A stretch of 64,000 nt of DNA, taken from the NCBI GenBank assembly GCA_048938005.1, contig JBHLMQ010000012.1, positions 29,161 through 93,160 of the forward strand, given 5' to 3'. A model generated the notes under the pieces. It saw only the letters and a program-made list of their open reading frames with translations, did no database searches and was not told the DNA's origin. Positions 29,691-39,480 of the stretch are shown here, one piece after another; position 1 is the first letter of the stretch, and each line of letters begins with the position of its first letter. Source of the DNA: Promethearchaeota archaeon (GTDB taxonomy: Archaea; Asgardarchaeota; Lokiarchaeia; Sigyniarchaeales; SOKP01). The position numbers and the translations under genes were made by a program.

Positions 29691-30606
29691 ATTACCTCTT
29701 AGAGATACATTTGGAACTTTTTTAGTTGAAAAAGGTAAAATATATAAAGATATGGTTGTTTTAGATGCTGATACGTCTTTTTCTACGAAAACCGTTAAAT
29801 TTTCTAAAGCATTCCCCGATAAATTCTTTAATATGGGAATTGCTGAACAAAATATGTTAGGAACAGCATTAGGTTTTGCAATCTCAGGAAAAATTCCTAT
29901 AGTTAGTGGTTTTTCTATATTTACGACAGGGAGAGCATGGGAATTTATAAGATTTGCTTGCCATGATAATTTAAATGTAAAAATAGTAACTACGCATGGC
30001 GGATTTGTTGGAGAAGATGGAAGCACTCATAATGCTTTAGAAGATTTAAGCTTAATGGCATCTCTTCCAAATTTAAATGTTTTAATCCCTTCAGATAATA
30101 TTGAATTACTTCAAATATTAGAATATTCTCTCAATCATAATGGTCCTTTTTATATAAGGCTACCAAGAGGAGCTTTTCCTAAAATTCATAATCAAATTTA
30201 TAAATTTTCTATTGGAGAACCTGATATAATTAAAGAAGGAGAAGATATTTGCTTGATTGGAGTTGGATATGGGAGTATTGTAGCATTAAAATCAGCACCG
30301 AAAATTGAAAAAAAACTTAAAATTTCTATTAAAGTAATTAATTTTCCAAGTATTAAACCAATTGATAATGCATTATTATTAAAAGAGATTAAATCAGTAA
30401 AAGGAATTATTATAATAGAGGAGCATAATATTTACTGTGGCTTTGGAAGTATAATTGCAAGGATCATCTCTGAGAATTATCCAAAAATCATGAAATTTAT
30501 TGGAATCAATAATTCATTCGGTCAATCAGGTAAGAGAGAAATTTTATTAGACTCATATGGTTTAAATGAAAAAAAAATAATTGAGCAAATAAAAAAAATT
30601 ATTTAA
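29683..30606 (+). CDS. tktB: Transketolase, C-terminal subunit
   Basis: NMGIAEQNM, GEDGSTH, GPFYIRL, IEEHN; GAGGTGA upstream of ATG 29683; overlaps the previous stop. Confidence 0.93.
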   Translation: MSELPLRDTFGTFLVEKGKIYKDMVVLDADTSFSTKTVKFSKAFPDKFFNMGIAEQNMLGTALGFAISGKIPIVSGFSIFTTGRAWEFIRFACHDNLNVKIVTTHGGFVGEDGSTHNALEDLSLMASLPNLNVLIPSDNIELLQILEYSLNHNGPFYIRLPRGAFPKIHNQIYKFSIGEPDIIKEGEDICLIGVGYGSIVALKSAPKIEKKLKISIKVINFPSIKPIDNALLLKEIKSVKGIIIIEEHNIYCGFGSIIARIISENYPKIMKFIGINNSFGQSGKREILLDSYGLNEKKIIEQIKKII

Positions 30607-30638
30607 TTCTTAGTTTATTTAGCTAATAGATTTTTAGA

Positions 30639-31172
30639 TCAGTTTGGTAGGTATCCCTTTGAATCTAATGCGTCTAATATTATTGCTTTACATTCTTCTA
30701 AAGTTTGTTTATCAGTTTCGACAACAATATCTACATTATCCGGCTCTTCAAAGGGATGATTAATTCCAGTAAAATCCTTTATTTCTCCTGCTCTTGCTTT
30801 GGCATACATCCCTTTTACATCACGTTTCTCACACTCTTCAAGACTACATTTTACATAAACTAGAATATAATTCCCGATTTCTTTCCGAGAGTACGCTCTA
30901 ATTTTATTGTATGGTGATACAAAAGAAGCAAGAACAACAACTCCATTCCGTGTTAGAAGCTTGGCTACAAATGTAACTCTTTCAATATTCATATTTCTGT
31001 CCTCTTCACTAAATCCCAAATCTTTTGTTAGACTTTTTCTAACAATATCCCCATCAAGTCTTTCTACTTTCATTCCTTTCTCCTTTAAAGTTTCTGCAAC
31101 TGCATCTGCTAATACTGATTTCCCAGAACAAGGGAGTCCTGTAAACCATAATGTAAATCCTTTATGTTCCAT
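30639..31172 (-). CDS. cysC: Adenylyl-sulfate kinase
   Basis: WFTGLPCSGKS, LDGDIVR, LGFSEEDR, SFVSPY, RDVKGMY, FTGI. Confidence 0.96.
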   Translation of the reverse strand: MEHKGFTLWFTGLPCSGKSVLADAVAETLKEKGMKVERLDGDIVRKSLTKDLGFSEEDRNMNIERVTFVAKLLTRNGVVVLASFVSPYNKIRAYSRKEIGNYILVYVKCSLEECEKRDVKGMYAKARAGEIKDFTGINHPFEEPDNVDIVVETDKQTLEECKAIILDALDSKGYLPN

Positions 31173-31191
31173 CTTTTTTATTTTACTTATT

Positions 31192-32580
31192 TTAAAAATT
31201 TATTATATTTCCTTCCATATCATTAGGAATATTTACTCCTAGAATTTTCAGAGATGTTGGAGCAATATCTAAAATGCTTTTAATTCCTAAATTTTTTCCT
31301 ATCTTTTTTATAGGATCATAAATAACATAAATCCCAAACCAATCGTGTACGGCATCATCAGGACCAGTATCATTTTCGTCTAAATACATTGAGTCATACC
31401 CAACTGTCCCTGCGGATCTCCAATTTAGATCATCAAAATAAACAAATAAATCTGGTGGGTCTCCCCTTATAACTTTAAATAATTCCTCAGGTTTAAAGAT
31501 TTTTGTGTTCATTGAATTACCATTATTATCTTTTATGGATTTTAGTTTTTCAATGATTTGATCTCTTACTTCCTCATACTTTTCTTGTTTAATAATCCCA
31601 TGAGGCTCTCTTCCTTCGATATTAAGAAATATTCTAGCATAATAACCACCCCACCCCCATGCATAAGTATTATCCCAATCAACATCAGCATCTGCTAATC
31701 TTGTTTTAGGTTTTGGTTTGGTTTTAAATTTTAGTAATCCTAAATTTTCAAGTGCCATATTGACACACACTAATCCTTTCATTGCTTTAGCACCATGGTC
31801 TGACACAATCATCATAATTGTATTTTCATCCACTAAATCCAATATCTCTCCAATTTTTTTATCTAAATATTGATAATATTTTCTCATTTCTCCTTCAAAT
31901 TTATTTCCCGGTTCATATTTATGGTGACTTTTATCATAGAATTTCCAAAATGCATGGTGGAATCTATCTAAACCAATAATTACAAAATTAAAATAATCCC
32001 ACTCCTTATTTCGCATAATATATTTAACTGTTTTTAATTGAACTTTTGTCATTTCGTAAATCTCTTTCAATAAAACATTTTTATCTTCCACTCTAAAGTT
32101 AACATCTATGATATAATCTCCTACATTTTCTTTAATTTCTTCTTTTAATTCTCGAGGATATGTATAATCTGAGGTTATATCGGGAGTAATGAAACCAGAA
32201 ACTAGACACCCATTAATTGGTTGAACAGGATAGGTTGGGGGAATTCCTACTATGCAAGATCTTAAACCATTTCTCGAAATTATGTCCCATACTTTTGGAT
32301 CTTTAATATTATAAGACGTAGCAATCCAAAAATCATCATATGAATTTCCTTTTCTATGTCTAAATCCATATAATCCTAATGTTCCAGCTTTCTTACCAGT
32401 AGACATCACCATCCAAGCAGGAATGGTAATTGGTGGATCACATGATCTCAATTTTCCATAAACACCATATTCTACCATCTTTTTTATGTTAGGGCAATCA
32501 TCTAAGAAATCTTCAAACAATGTTTTGGGTGTTGCACAATCTAATCCTATGATAACTAATTTTTTTTTATTTTTATTCAT
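31192..32580 (-). CDS. Alkaline-phosphatase-superfamily nucleotide pyrophosphatase/phosphodiesterase
   Basis: IIGLDCA, PPITIPAW, DRFHHAFW, VSDHG, GPDDAVH, DIAPT. Confidence 0.9.
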   Translation of the reverse strand: MNKNKKKLVIIGLDCATPKTLFEDFLDDCPNIKKMVEYGVYGKLRSCDPPITIPAWMVMSTGKKAGTLGLYGFRHRKGNSYDDFWIATSYNIKDPKVWDIISRNGLRSCIVGIPPTYPVQPINGCLVSGFITPDITSDYTYPRELKEEIKENVGDYIIDVNFRVEDKNVLLKEIYEMTKVQLKTVKYIMRNKEWDYFNFVIIGLDRFHHAFWKFYDKSHHKYEPGNKFEGEMRKYYQYLDKKIGEILDLVDENTIMMIVSDHGAKAMKGLVCVNMALENLGLLKFKTKPKPKTRLADADVDWDNTYAWGWGGYYARIFLNIEGREPHGIIKQEKYEEVRDQIIEKLKSIKDNNGNSMNTKIFKPEELFKVIRGDPPDLFVYFDDLNWRSAGTVGYDSMYLDENDTGPDDAVHDWFGIYVIYDPIKKIGKNLGIKSILDIAPTSLKILGVNIPNDMEGNIINF

Positions 32581-32624
32581 GATTTATTTTATCTTGCATT
32601 TCTATTGATAAATAAAAATTTTAC

Positions 32625-33773
32625 TTAGGAAACAAATGGATTTTGATACTCTAGAATAACTTCTGCTACCTCTGGACGCATAACTTCGGGATCTGGGGCT
32701 TTTCCTGATTGTAATGTATTACGAATTTCCCTTCCAGCAAAGTAATTCTGCATCTCTGGAGGATGAGGACAAATTTTATCATTAACTATTGAATTACATT
32801 TGCTGCATTTTGAAAATGATCTGAATTTTATTGGTTCTATTCCTAAATCTGGAAAATAATCAAAAATCTCATGAGCATCATATGGTCCATAATAATTACC
32901 TACACCTGCATGATCTCTGCCTATAATTATGTGATCACATCCAAAGTTTTTTCTTGCTATTGCATGAAAAATTGCCTCTTTAGGTCCCGCATATCTCATT
33001 TCAGTTTCAAATGTACTTAAAACTACCCTATCTTTTGGATAGTATTCTTTTATCAGAACTTGATATGTACGTATAATAACCTCATCTAAAAAATCCCCAA
33101 TTTTCTTCTTACCAATTACAGGATTTATAAAAAGCCCATCTACATAGGTTAAACCTGCTTTTTGTACATATTCATGGCCTAAATGAGGTGGATTTCTTGT
33201 TTGAAAAGCTACAACTTTGTTCCACTTTTTTTCTTTAAAAAGAACTCTTGTTTCTATTGGTTTAAGGTCCAATTCCGGAAAAACTGATTTAGGTTCATTT
33301 ATTAAAAAAATCTCACCTCCAACTAGTTTATCTTTCATTTTGAAAACTGAACTAACACCCGGATGGTTATTATCAAGTGTGCCATACACTTTTTCTGCTA
33401 ATTCCTTTTTATCATAATCATATATCTCTTCAACTGCCATCAGAGCAATTATGGTTTCTTCTGAATCAACCAACAGCACTCTGTCATCAGTGCTAAAAGA
33501 TCTCGCCTTTTCTTCAGTAATATCCAACACTATAGGAATTGGCCATGCTAAATTGTTCTCCAAATACATATGTTCTAAAACATATTTATAATCATTCTTA
33601 TTCATAAATCCTTCCAAAGGGCTGAAGACTCCATGTGCAATATTTTTAATCACCTTTACAGTTGGTTGATTTACTGATATTTTTTCAAATTCATGTATTT
33701 CATCTAAAATTCTATTTTTTTCAATTTTTGGTAATTCCTTATTTATTAAACTACCACCATGAGGCTGAATCAT
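32625..33773 (-). CDS. sat: Sulfate adenylyltransferase (ATP sulfurylase)
   Basis: PHGG, FSPLEGFM, AFQTRNPPHLGHE, MRYAGPKEA, GRDHAGVG. Confidence 0.96.
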   Translation of the reverse strand: MIQPHGGSLINKELPKIEKNRILDEIHEFEKISVNQPTVKVIKNIAHGVFSPLEGFMNKNDYKYVLEHMYLENNLAWPIPIVLDITEEKARSFSTDDRVLLVDSEETIIALMAVEEIYDYDKKELAEKVYGTLDNNHPGVSSVFKMKDKLVGGEIFLINEPKSVFPELDLKPIETRVLFKEKKWNKVVAFQTRNPPHLGHEYVQKAGLTYVDGLFINPVIGKKKIGDFLDEVIIRTYQVLIKEYYPKDRVVLSTFETEMRYAGPKEAIFHAIARKNFGCDHIIIGRDHAGVGNYYGPYDAHEIFDYFPDLGIEPIKFRSFSKCSKCNSIVNDKICPHPPEMQNYFAGREIRNTLQSGKAPDPEVMRPEVAEVILEYQNPFVS

Positions 33774-33827
33774 CTTTATATACTCCGATTATTTATTAAA
33801 ATTCTATATATTATTACTACTTGTTTT

Positions 33828-34067
33828 TCAATCGATATAACCTAAATCTCTAAGGCGTTGTTTAACTTTTTCTTCTTCTTCCTTAGTAAATGCTTGCTTG
33901 GATCGCTCATCTTCCTCTATGGAAGATATTACTTGTCTAAGTACATATGTCACATAACTAGAAACAGATGAAAACCCAGTTCCTTTCATACGTTGCTTAA
34001 TCTTTTCCACAAGGGGTTTAGGTATTGAAACTGTAGTGTATTCAACTTTTAGGTCATCTTCTGACAT
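33828..34067 (-). CDS. Small CopG/ribbon-helix-helix protein with C-terminal EEKVKQRLRDLGYID tail
   Basis: YTTVSIPKPLVEKIK (ribbon-helix), GFSSVSSYVTYVLR (helix 2); first gene of the sat-NPP-cysC run. Confidence 0.8.
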   Translation of the reverse strand: MSEDDLKVEYTTVSIPKPLVEKIKQRMKGTGFSSVSSYVTYVLRQVISSIEEDERSKQAFTKEEEEKVKQRLRDLGYID

Positions 34068-34256
34068 AAGCTTTACCTAAAATTTATTTAAATTATTATA
34101 ATTAAATTTAATGGTATATAATTAAAAATAATTAAAAAAGCTTTTTAAAAATTCTGCTTTGGATTTTACATCTTAAATTAAACTTATTTGGTATTTTTTA
34201 TTTATTTTATTTAATTATTATTAGTGTTATAATTCATTTTGGAATTAAACTAAAAA

Positions 34257-34337
34257 TTTTGTACGAAAAGCTCTTTAGCATTACAGCTTGCTAGTTTAGG
34301 ATATAAAATCACAGGAATTGATCAAAAAAAAGGTTAA
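34257..34337 (+). pseudogene. Class I methyltransferase remnant
   Basis: Reads FCTKSSLALQLASLGYKITGIDQKKG*, a post-motif-I segment typical of SAM methyltransferases; no start and no continuation. Confidence 0.5.
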
Positions 34338-34604
34338 AGATTTTCTTTCAGAGAAGTAATTTTCTAATAAAGTTTCTTTAAATTTTATCTATAAATTTAG
34401 AAATTAAGATTCTGATATTTCTGTTGATTTTTTGTCCTTCAATATTATAATCAAAAGCTCCAAATAATGTAATTAATAAATTTAAAGCGATTAAATAATC
34501 TATTTAACGTAATCTGTTTTAAAATGATAATTTTTTCATCAATTAGTATTTTAAAGTATTTAATATTCATTAAAATGTTATTTAGATATCAAAATTTCTA
34601 AAAG

Positions 34605-35507
34605 ATGAGTAAAACATTGAATCTTAAAAGCATTAAAACACTTTTAAAAAAGATAAAAAACCCATTAACTTTTCGGAATGCTCTTCTATATAAATTCTGT
34701 TCATTTTTATACCGTAAAAACAACGGTTTCTATATTTTTAATGAATCATGGGACAATTTAATCATCTTGGATGCATGTAGATATGATGTTTTTAAAGAGC
34801 AATATTTAAAAAGAAATATGAAAGGGGAGCTATTTAAAAAAGTTTCAAGAGGAGCTCATACAATCTCTTTTCTTTTTGAAAATTTCACAAAGAATTATTA
34901 TGATGATATTATATATATAACAGCTAATCCTTATGTTAATAAATTTCTCAAAGGTAAATTTTATAAGATTATTTCAGTATGGAAAGACAATTGGGATGAA
35001 AAACATCACACAGTTTTACCAGAAACTATGTATGATTATGCTATTAAGACTTTATTAAAGTATCCTAATAAAAAATATATAATCCATTTCATGCAACCAC
35101 ATTTTCCATATATTGGTTATAAATTAGAAAAGAATATTCCGAATAAATCTTTTTTTTCGTTATATGCTGCAGAAATATATACTCATATAGAATATTATAC
35201 TCATATTAAAATTTATAAAAAAAATTTACAAATAGCCCTAACTTATATTGAAAAGCTTATCAATGTATTACCAGGTATAACCATAGTTTCTGCGGATCAT
35301 GGAGAAGCATTTAAAGAAAAATTACATACATTAATACCATTCACATTTTCTGGTCATAGAAGAGGAATTCGTATGCCCTCTTTAGTAAATGTTCCCTGGC
35401 TTATAATTAGACCAGAAGAAAAAGATCATAGCATCAGAAATAACTTATTAGAAGAATTTATAATTTCAGATCAAGTAAATAAACTAAAAAATAAGAAAGT
35501 TATTTAA
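34605..35507 (+). CDS. Alkaline-phosphatase/sulfatase-like superfamily protein
   Basis: LIILDACRYD, TANP, HFMQPHFPY, SADHGE, VPWL. Confidence 0.88.
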   Translation: MSKTLNLKSIKTLLKKIKNPLTFRNALLYKFCSFLYRKNNGFYIFNESWDNLIILDACRYDVFKEQYLKRNMKGELFKKVSRGAHTISFLFENFTKNYYDDIIYITANPYVNKFLKGKFYKIISVWKDNWDEKHHTVLPETMYDYAIKTLLKYPNKKYIIHFMQPHFPYIGYKLEKNIPNKSFFSLYAAEIYTHIEYYTHIKIYKKNLQIALTYIEKLINVLPGITIVSADHGEAFKEKLHTLIPFTFSGHRRGIRMPSLVNVPWLIIRPEEKDHSIRNNLLEEFIISDQVNKLKNKKVI

Positions 35508-35570
35508 GCCTTTAATTTAATTATTTAACTCAAACTAATTTTAACTCTATTCTTGCTAAATACTTTTATT

Positions 35571-36415
35571 TTATTGAATTGATCTTATTTTTTGGAGACA
35601 AAAAGTTAAAAAAGTAAAATCAAAATTAAATCTTTTCCATTTAACTGCTTTTTCTTGGCAATTTAGATCAATTTCTGGATCAAATAATTTAAATCCTTTA
35701 AGGTATACTTTTTTTAATAATTTGCTTAATGCTTCCCTATTATAAACATAAACAGGTTTATGATATGCGATCAAGCCTCTAGTATCCACATCCTCTTCCC
35801 AGTAGTCTGTAGATGTAATTAAGAGATCGTCTTTTTTTAAAATTCTGTTCATTTCATTAAAATATTGGTCTTCATTTACATCATGCTCAATTACACCGAT
35901 GCAGGTTATAATATTGAATCAATTATCCGGAAAGGGAGATTTTGTTAAATTTCCAGGAAAAAAATTAATTTTACCTATTCTAAATCTTTTTTTATAAGTT
36001 AAATTTATACAATATAGATTATAATAACCAAATTGATACAACCAATTAAGTATAAGAGAGGATTTTATTCCTCCAGCGTCTAAAATTTTTACTGATTTAT
36101 TTGAATTCTTAAGAATTATATCTAAAGCGATTAATGAATCCCAATTTTTCGCTAAACTATTGGGATGAAGATTTAAATTAGACTTATGAATAATTTCTAT
36201 TGATTTATAGATGTCTTTTTTTGTTTTTAATGTGGTGTTTCTCCAAGTTACAGATTTTGGTATTTTAGGCGAAAAAGTATAGCTCTTTAGGATTTTTAAA
36301 GAGTTTTTATAAACAAAATGAGATTCTAATAACTTATTTTATATTTTATATAATTTACAATTGAATTACGAACGATTGGGGAACTAATTTTTTTAATTAT
36401 TTTTCTTAACTTCAT
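35571..36415 (-). pseudogene. Class I SAM methyltransferase pseudogene
   Basis: KNWDSLIAL...KILDAGG...SPFPDN*FNIITCIGVIEH...EMNRILK, with an in-frame TGA at 35919-35921 and an apparent frameshift near 36340 after ATG 36415. Confidence 0.8.
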
Positions 36416-36580
36416 CACAAGAATGTAAGATTTCATTTTTTAAATTCTTATATATAGTAAAATTTTTATTTAAGATTATCAAGAAAAGTTATTTGATTAT
36501 TTTAGATTACTTTCTATAAAGATTAATTAAACTAGTCAAACTATATTAAATAATTCGAATATTAAGAAAATTTAAATATT

Positions 36581-37339
36581 ATGGTCATAATCTCTCATAA
36601 GCATAAATTTATATATATCAAAACAAGAAAGACAGCAAGTACATCTCTTCAAGTCTTATTAGCAAATTATTGTGGAAAAGAAGATATTATTACCCCAATA
36701 AAAGATCCTTCAACAGAAGATGGTATTCTATATAATAAAAAAGCAAAAAATTATAGAGGTCTTCTAAGTTATTTATTCCTTCTTAAATACAGGTTTTTAA
36801 ATTTTGTTTCTACAACAAATCATAAAGTTTTTTTTAATAAAATCAAAAATTTCCTTGTAAATAGGCATTATTTAGAGAATTTAAAAGGATTTTTCAGTAA
36901 TTTCACTAGTCATATGAGTGCTAGAAAAGTGAAAATGAAAGTGGGTGAAGGTTTATGGAATAAATATTTTAAATTTACTTTTGAAAGAAATCCTTGGGAT
37001 AAATTAGTTTCATTTTATATGCATCGTAAACCAGGGATACCATTTGATGATTGGGTTCGAACAGTGAAATTAAGTCCTTATAGTCAACCTCTTAATTATC
37101 CGTTATATACTATAAATGGAAAAATAGTTTTAAATTTTATAGGAACCTATGAAAACTTGGAAAAAGATTTAAAATTAATATTTAATACATTAAAACTTCC
37201 TTTAAAAGAACTCCCTTCTGAGAGAACTAATTATCGAAAGGAAAAATCTAATTATAGAAAATATTATAATAACCAATCTAAAAAAATTGTAGAAAGAAAT
37301 TATAATAAAGAGATAAAATTATTTGGATATACATTTTAA
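36581..37339 (+). CDS. PAPS-dependent sulfotransferase, Sulfotransfer_2 (HNK-1ST/chondroitin-4-O-sulfotransferase-like) family
   Basis: 5'-PSB FIYIKTRKTASTS; 3'-PB FTFERNPWDKLVSFY; NFIGTYENLEKD; C-terminal EIKLFGYTF. Confidence 0.88.
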   Translation: MVIISHKHKFIYIKTRKTASTSLQVLLANYCGKEDIITPIKDPSTEDGILYNKKAKNYRGLLSYLFLLKYRFLNFVSTTNHKVFFNKIKNFLVNRHYLENLKGFFSNFTSHMSARKVKMKVGEGLWNKYFKFTFERNPWDKLVSFYMHRKPGIPFDDWVRTVKLSPYSQPLNYPLYTINGKIVLNFIGTYENLEKDLKLIFNTLKLPLKELPSERTNYRKEKSNYRKYYNNQSKKIVERNYNKEIKLFGYTF

Positions 37340-37529
37340 TAATAATTTATTTTTTTAATAAAACATATAGAGATTTAGTGCTGTTTTTTTTTATGAAAAT
37401 GTTGTCAAAGGAACACTTTCCATAAATATTTTCTTAAAAACAAAATTTGTATAATAAAATCCTTAATTCCTTATTTATGAATTTTCCAAATTTATATTTT
37501 TTCTAATAAATATTTAGGATAATATTATA

Positions 37530-39194
37530 TTAATCTCGTATAATTTTTTTAAGAAATCTTAACATTTTTCTAATTATTTTATGGAGAAATGTATCTTTTT
37601 CAAAAAATCTTTCTATACTCTCAACATCAGACTTTGAGAAAATCTTAAAAATATAATTTAAGAATAAAAAGGTTAACAAGAAAGTCATCAAAGAGAAAAA
37701 ATTAAGATTTTGAAATATTAATAAATTTAAAGCTTCAAGCACCATATAATTGATTTGACTTAAATATAAAATTTCCAGAATTATAGCAAATCCTAATGAG
37801 ATAAAAAAGATTATATATTGAAGAAATGACTTTTTTATATTTAATTTAATATTAAAGATCTTGAAATTTAATATTGCAATTAAAATAAAGTAAATAACAT
37901 TTGCGATAAAAAGAGCAATAATAGCTCCAATTAATCCATATAGAATTAAACCTAACAAGAAAGCAGGCATTTTTATTAATGCTGACATTAAGGAAATTGG
38001 AATGATATATTTATATTTAGGACTGGATCTAAGCATACTAAAGAAGAGGCTATTTTGAACGCTAAAAATTATTGTAATTATCATTAACTTTAATATTATT
38101 GAAAATTTTAGGAAACTTTTTCCATAAATAATTCGTAGGAAAAAATCGATAAAAAAATATACTATCCCAGTTATTATCAAAATTAAAAAAGTAAAATAGT
38201 AAAATGCAATCTTAAAAAATTTTTTAAGTTGTTCTTTTTGATCCTTAGCATATAAACTTGAAAAACTTATAATTAACGGGCTATTTAACGATTTAACACT
38301 CTCAAGAGATATGTTTCGATAGTGGACCGAAATATTATAACCTGTGACCATTTCAAGACTCTCAAAATATCCAACACTCTGAATTCTAAATTCATTAAAT
38401 GTGCTATCAATAAAACTCTGAAAACTTAATTGATATCCATAAGCATATAAATTTTTAAGAATTTCCTTAAATTTTAATGGTATTTCTGAAGTTTTTTTAA
38501 TCTTAAAATTTAAAACAAAGAAGAGGATGATGATATTAATTACAAAAGGGATTAAATTTGCAAAAAGTGATATATAAGCAATAAAACTTACCTCAATGAC
38601 TCCATCAAAAAAGAATAAAAATATTAAACCTACAGTATATATTAAATATCTTATCGCAACCATAATAAATACAGTTTTAAACATGTTTAGTGGTCGAAAA
38701 ATATTAAGAAGAATTTTATCAATTCCAAGGATTAAAATAAGTGGTGATAATATAAAAAAGAGATATGAATAATTACCCAAATTAATATTAAATATTCCAG
38801 TAAAAAATAGATATATAAGAATTGCAATAATAAAAACGACAAGGACAAAAAACAATCTAATAATTAACGAATATTTAATAAATGATTTCAATTTATTATT
38901 TTGATTTAATGTTATAAATCGGGGTAAATAATAATGATAAGTAGGTCCCACACTAGGAGGAAAGAAATTTAAAATAAGTATAAAGATATTTACATAAGAT
39001 TGAGAAATTATTAAAAGCCCCCATAAACTTTTGGAAATCAATCTTGCTGTAAAAAAAGAAGTTACTAATGAAAAAAAAATTACAGTATAACTATTTAAGA
39101 AGTTATAAAATGAATTCTTAGCTAATTTTCTATACTCATTCTTTAATTCTTTTTTTTGATTTAACTTATTCTTATTCTTATTATTATTATTCAT
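37530..39194 (-). CDS. Wzx/MOP-superfamily oligosaccharide flippase
   Basis: LAKNSFYNFL...TARLISKSLWG; about 14 TM segments; same overall layout as 2578..4185. Confidence 0.82.
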   Translation of the reverse strand: MNNNNKNKNKLNQKKELKNEYRKLAKNSFYNFLNSYTVIFFSLVTSFFTARLISKSLWGLLIISQSYVNIFILILNFFPPSVGPTYHYYLPRFITLNQNNKLKSFIKYSLIIRLFFVLVVFIIAILIYLFFTGIFNINLGNYSYLFFILSPLILILGIDKILLNIFRPLNMFKTVFIMVAIRYLIYTVGLIFLFFFDGVIEVSFIAYISLFANLIPFVINIIILFFVLNFKIKKTSEIPLKFKEILKNLYAYGYQLSFQSFIDSTFNEFRIQSVGYFESLEMVTGYNISVHYRNISLESVKSLNSPLIISFSSLYAKDQKEQLKKFFKIAFYYFTFLILIITGIVYFFIDFFLRIIYGKSFLKFSIILKLMIITIIFSVQNSLFFSMLRSSPKYKYIIPISLMSALIKMPAFLLGLILYGLIGAIIALFIANVIYFILIAILNFKIFNIKLNIKKSFLQYIIFFISLGFAIILEILYLSQINYMVLEALNLLIFQNLNFFSLMTFLLTFLFLNYIFKIFSKSDVESIERFFEKDTFLHKIIRKMLRFLKKIIRD

Positions 39195-39480
39195 TTTATT
39201 AGTAGTAATTAACAATTCTATTTGTCTAATTATTTCTTATAAATTTTTTTTTAGTATTTTAATTTTGATATTTATTATGATATTCGTTTAAGATGTCTTT
39301 AATTTCATATTAACCATTAGAAGATTCTTAAAAACGATGAAATTTATTTTTTATTAAAAATTACTCATATGAATGGCTGTATATGAATATTGCTTACATT
39401 AATTTAATCAATTAGAAAAAAAGTCAAGCTTAAAATTTATATAAAAAGATATATTTAATATTGTTTTAAGGTTAAGTAAA

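Noticed and set aside
35919-35921. In-frame TGA as possible selenocysteine (Asgard archaea encode Sec)
   Set aside because: The position corresponds to the Ser of the PDNSF motif (TCA>TGA), not a redox Cys; the gene has other lesions; no convincing SECIS was seen
39125-39200. Asn/Lys-rich microsatellite-like sequence at the flippase start, and poly-A/T runs as phase-variation tracts
   Set aside because: Expected in very AT-rich DNA; reading frames are intact
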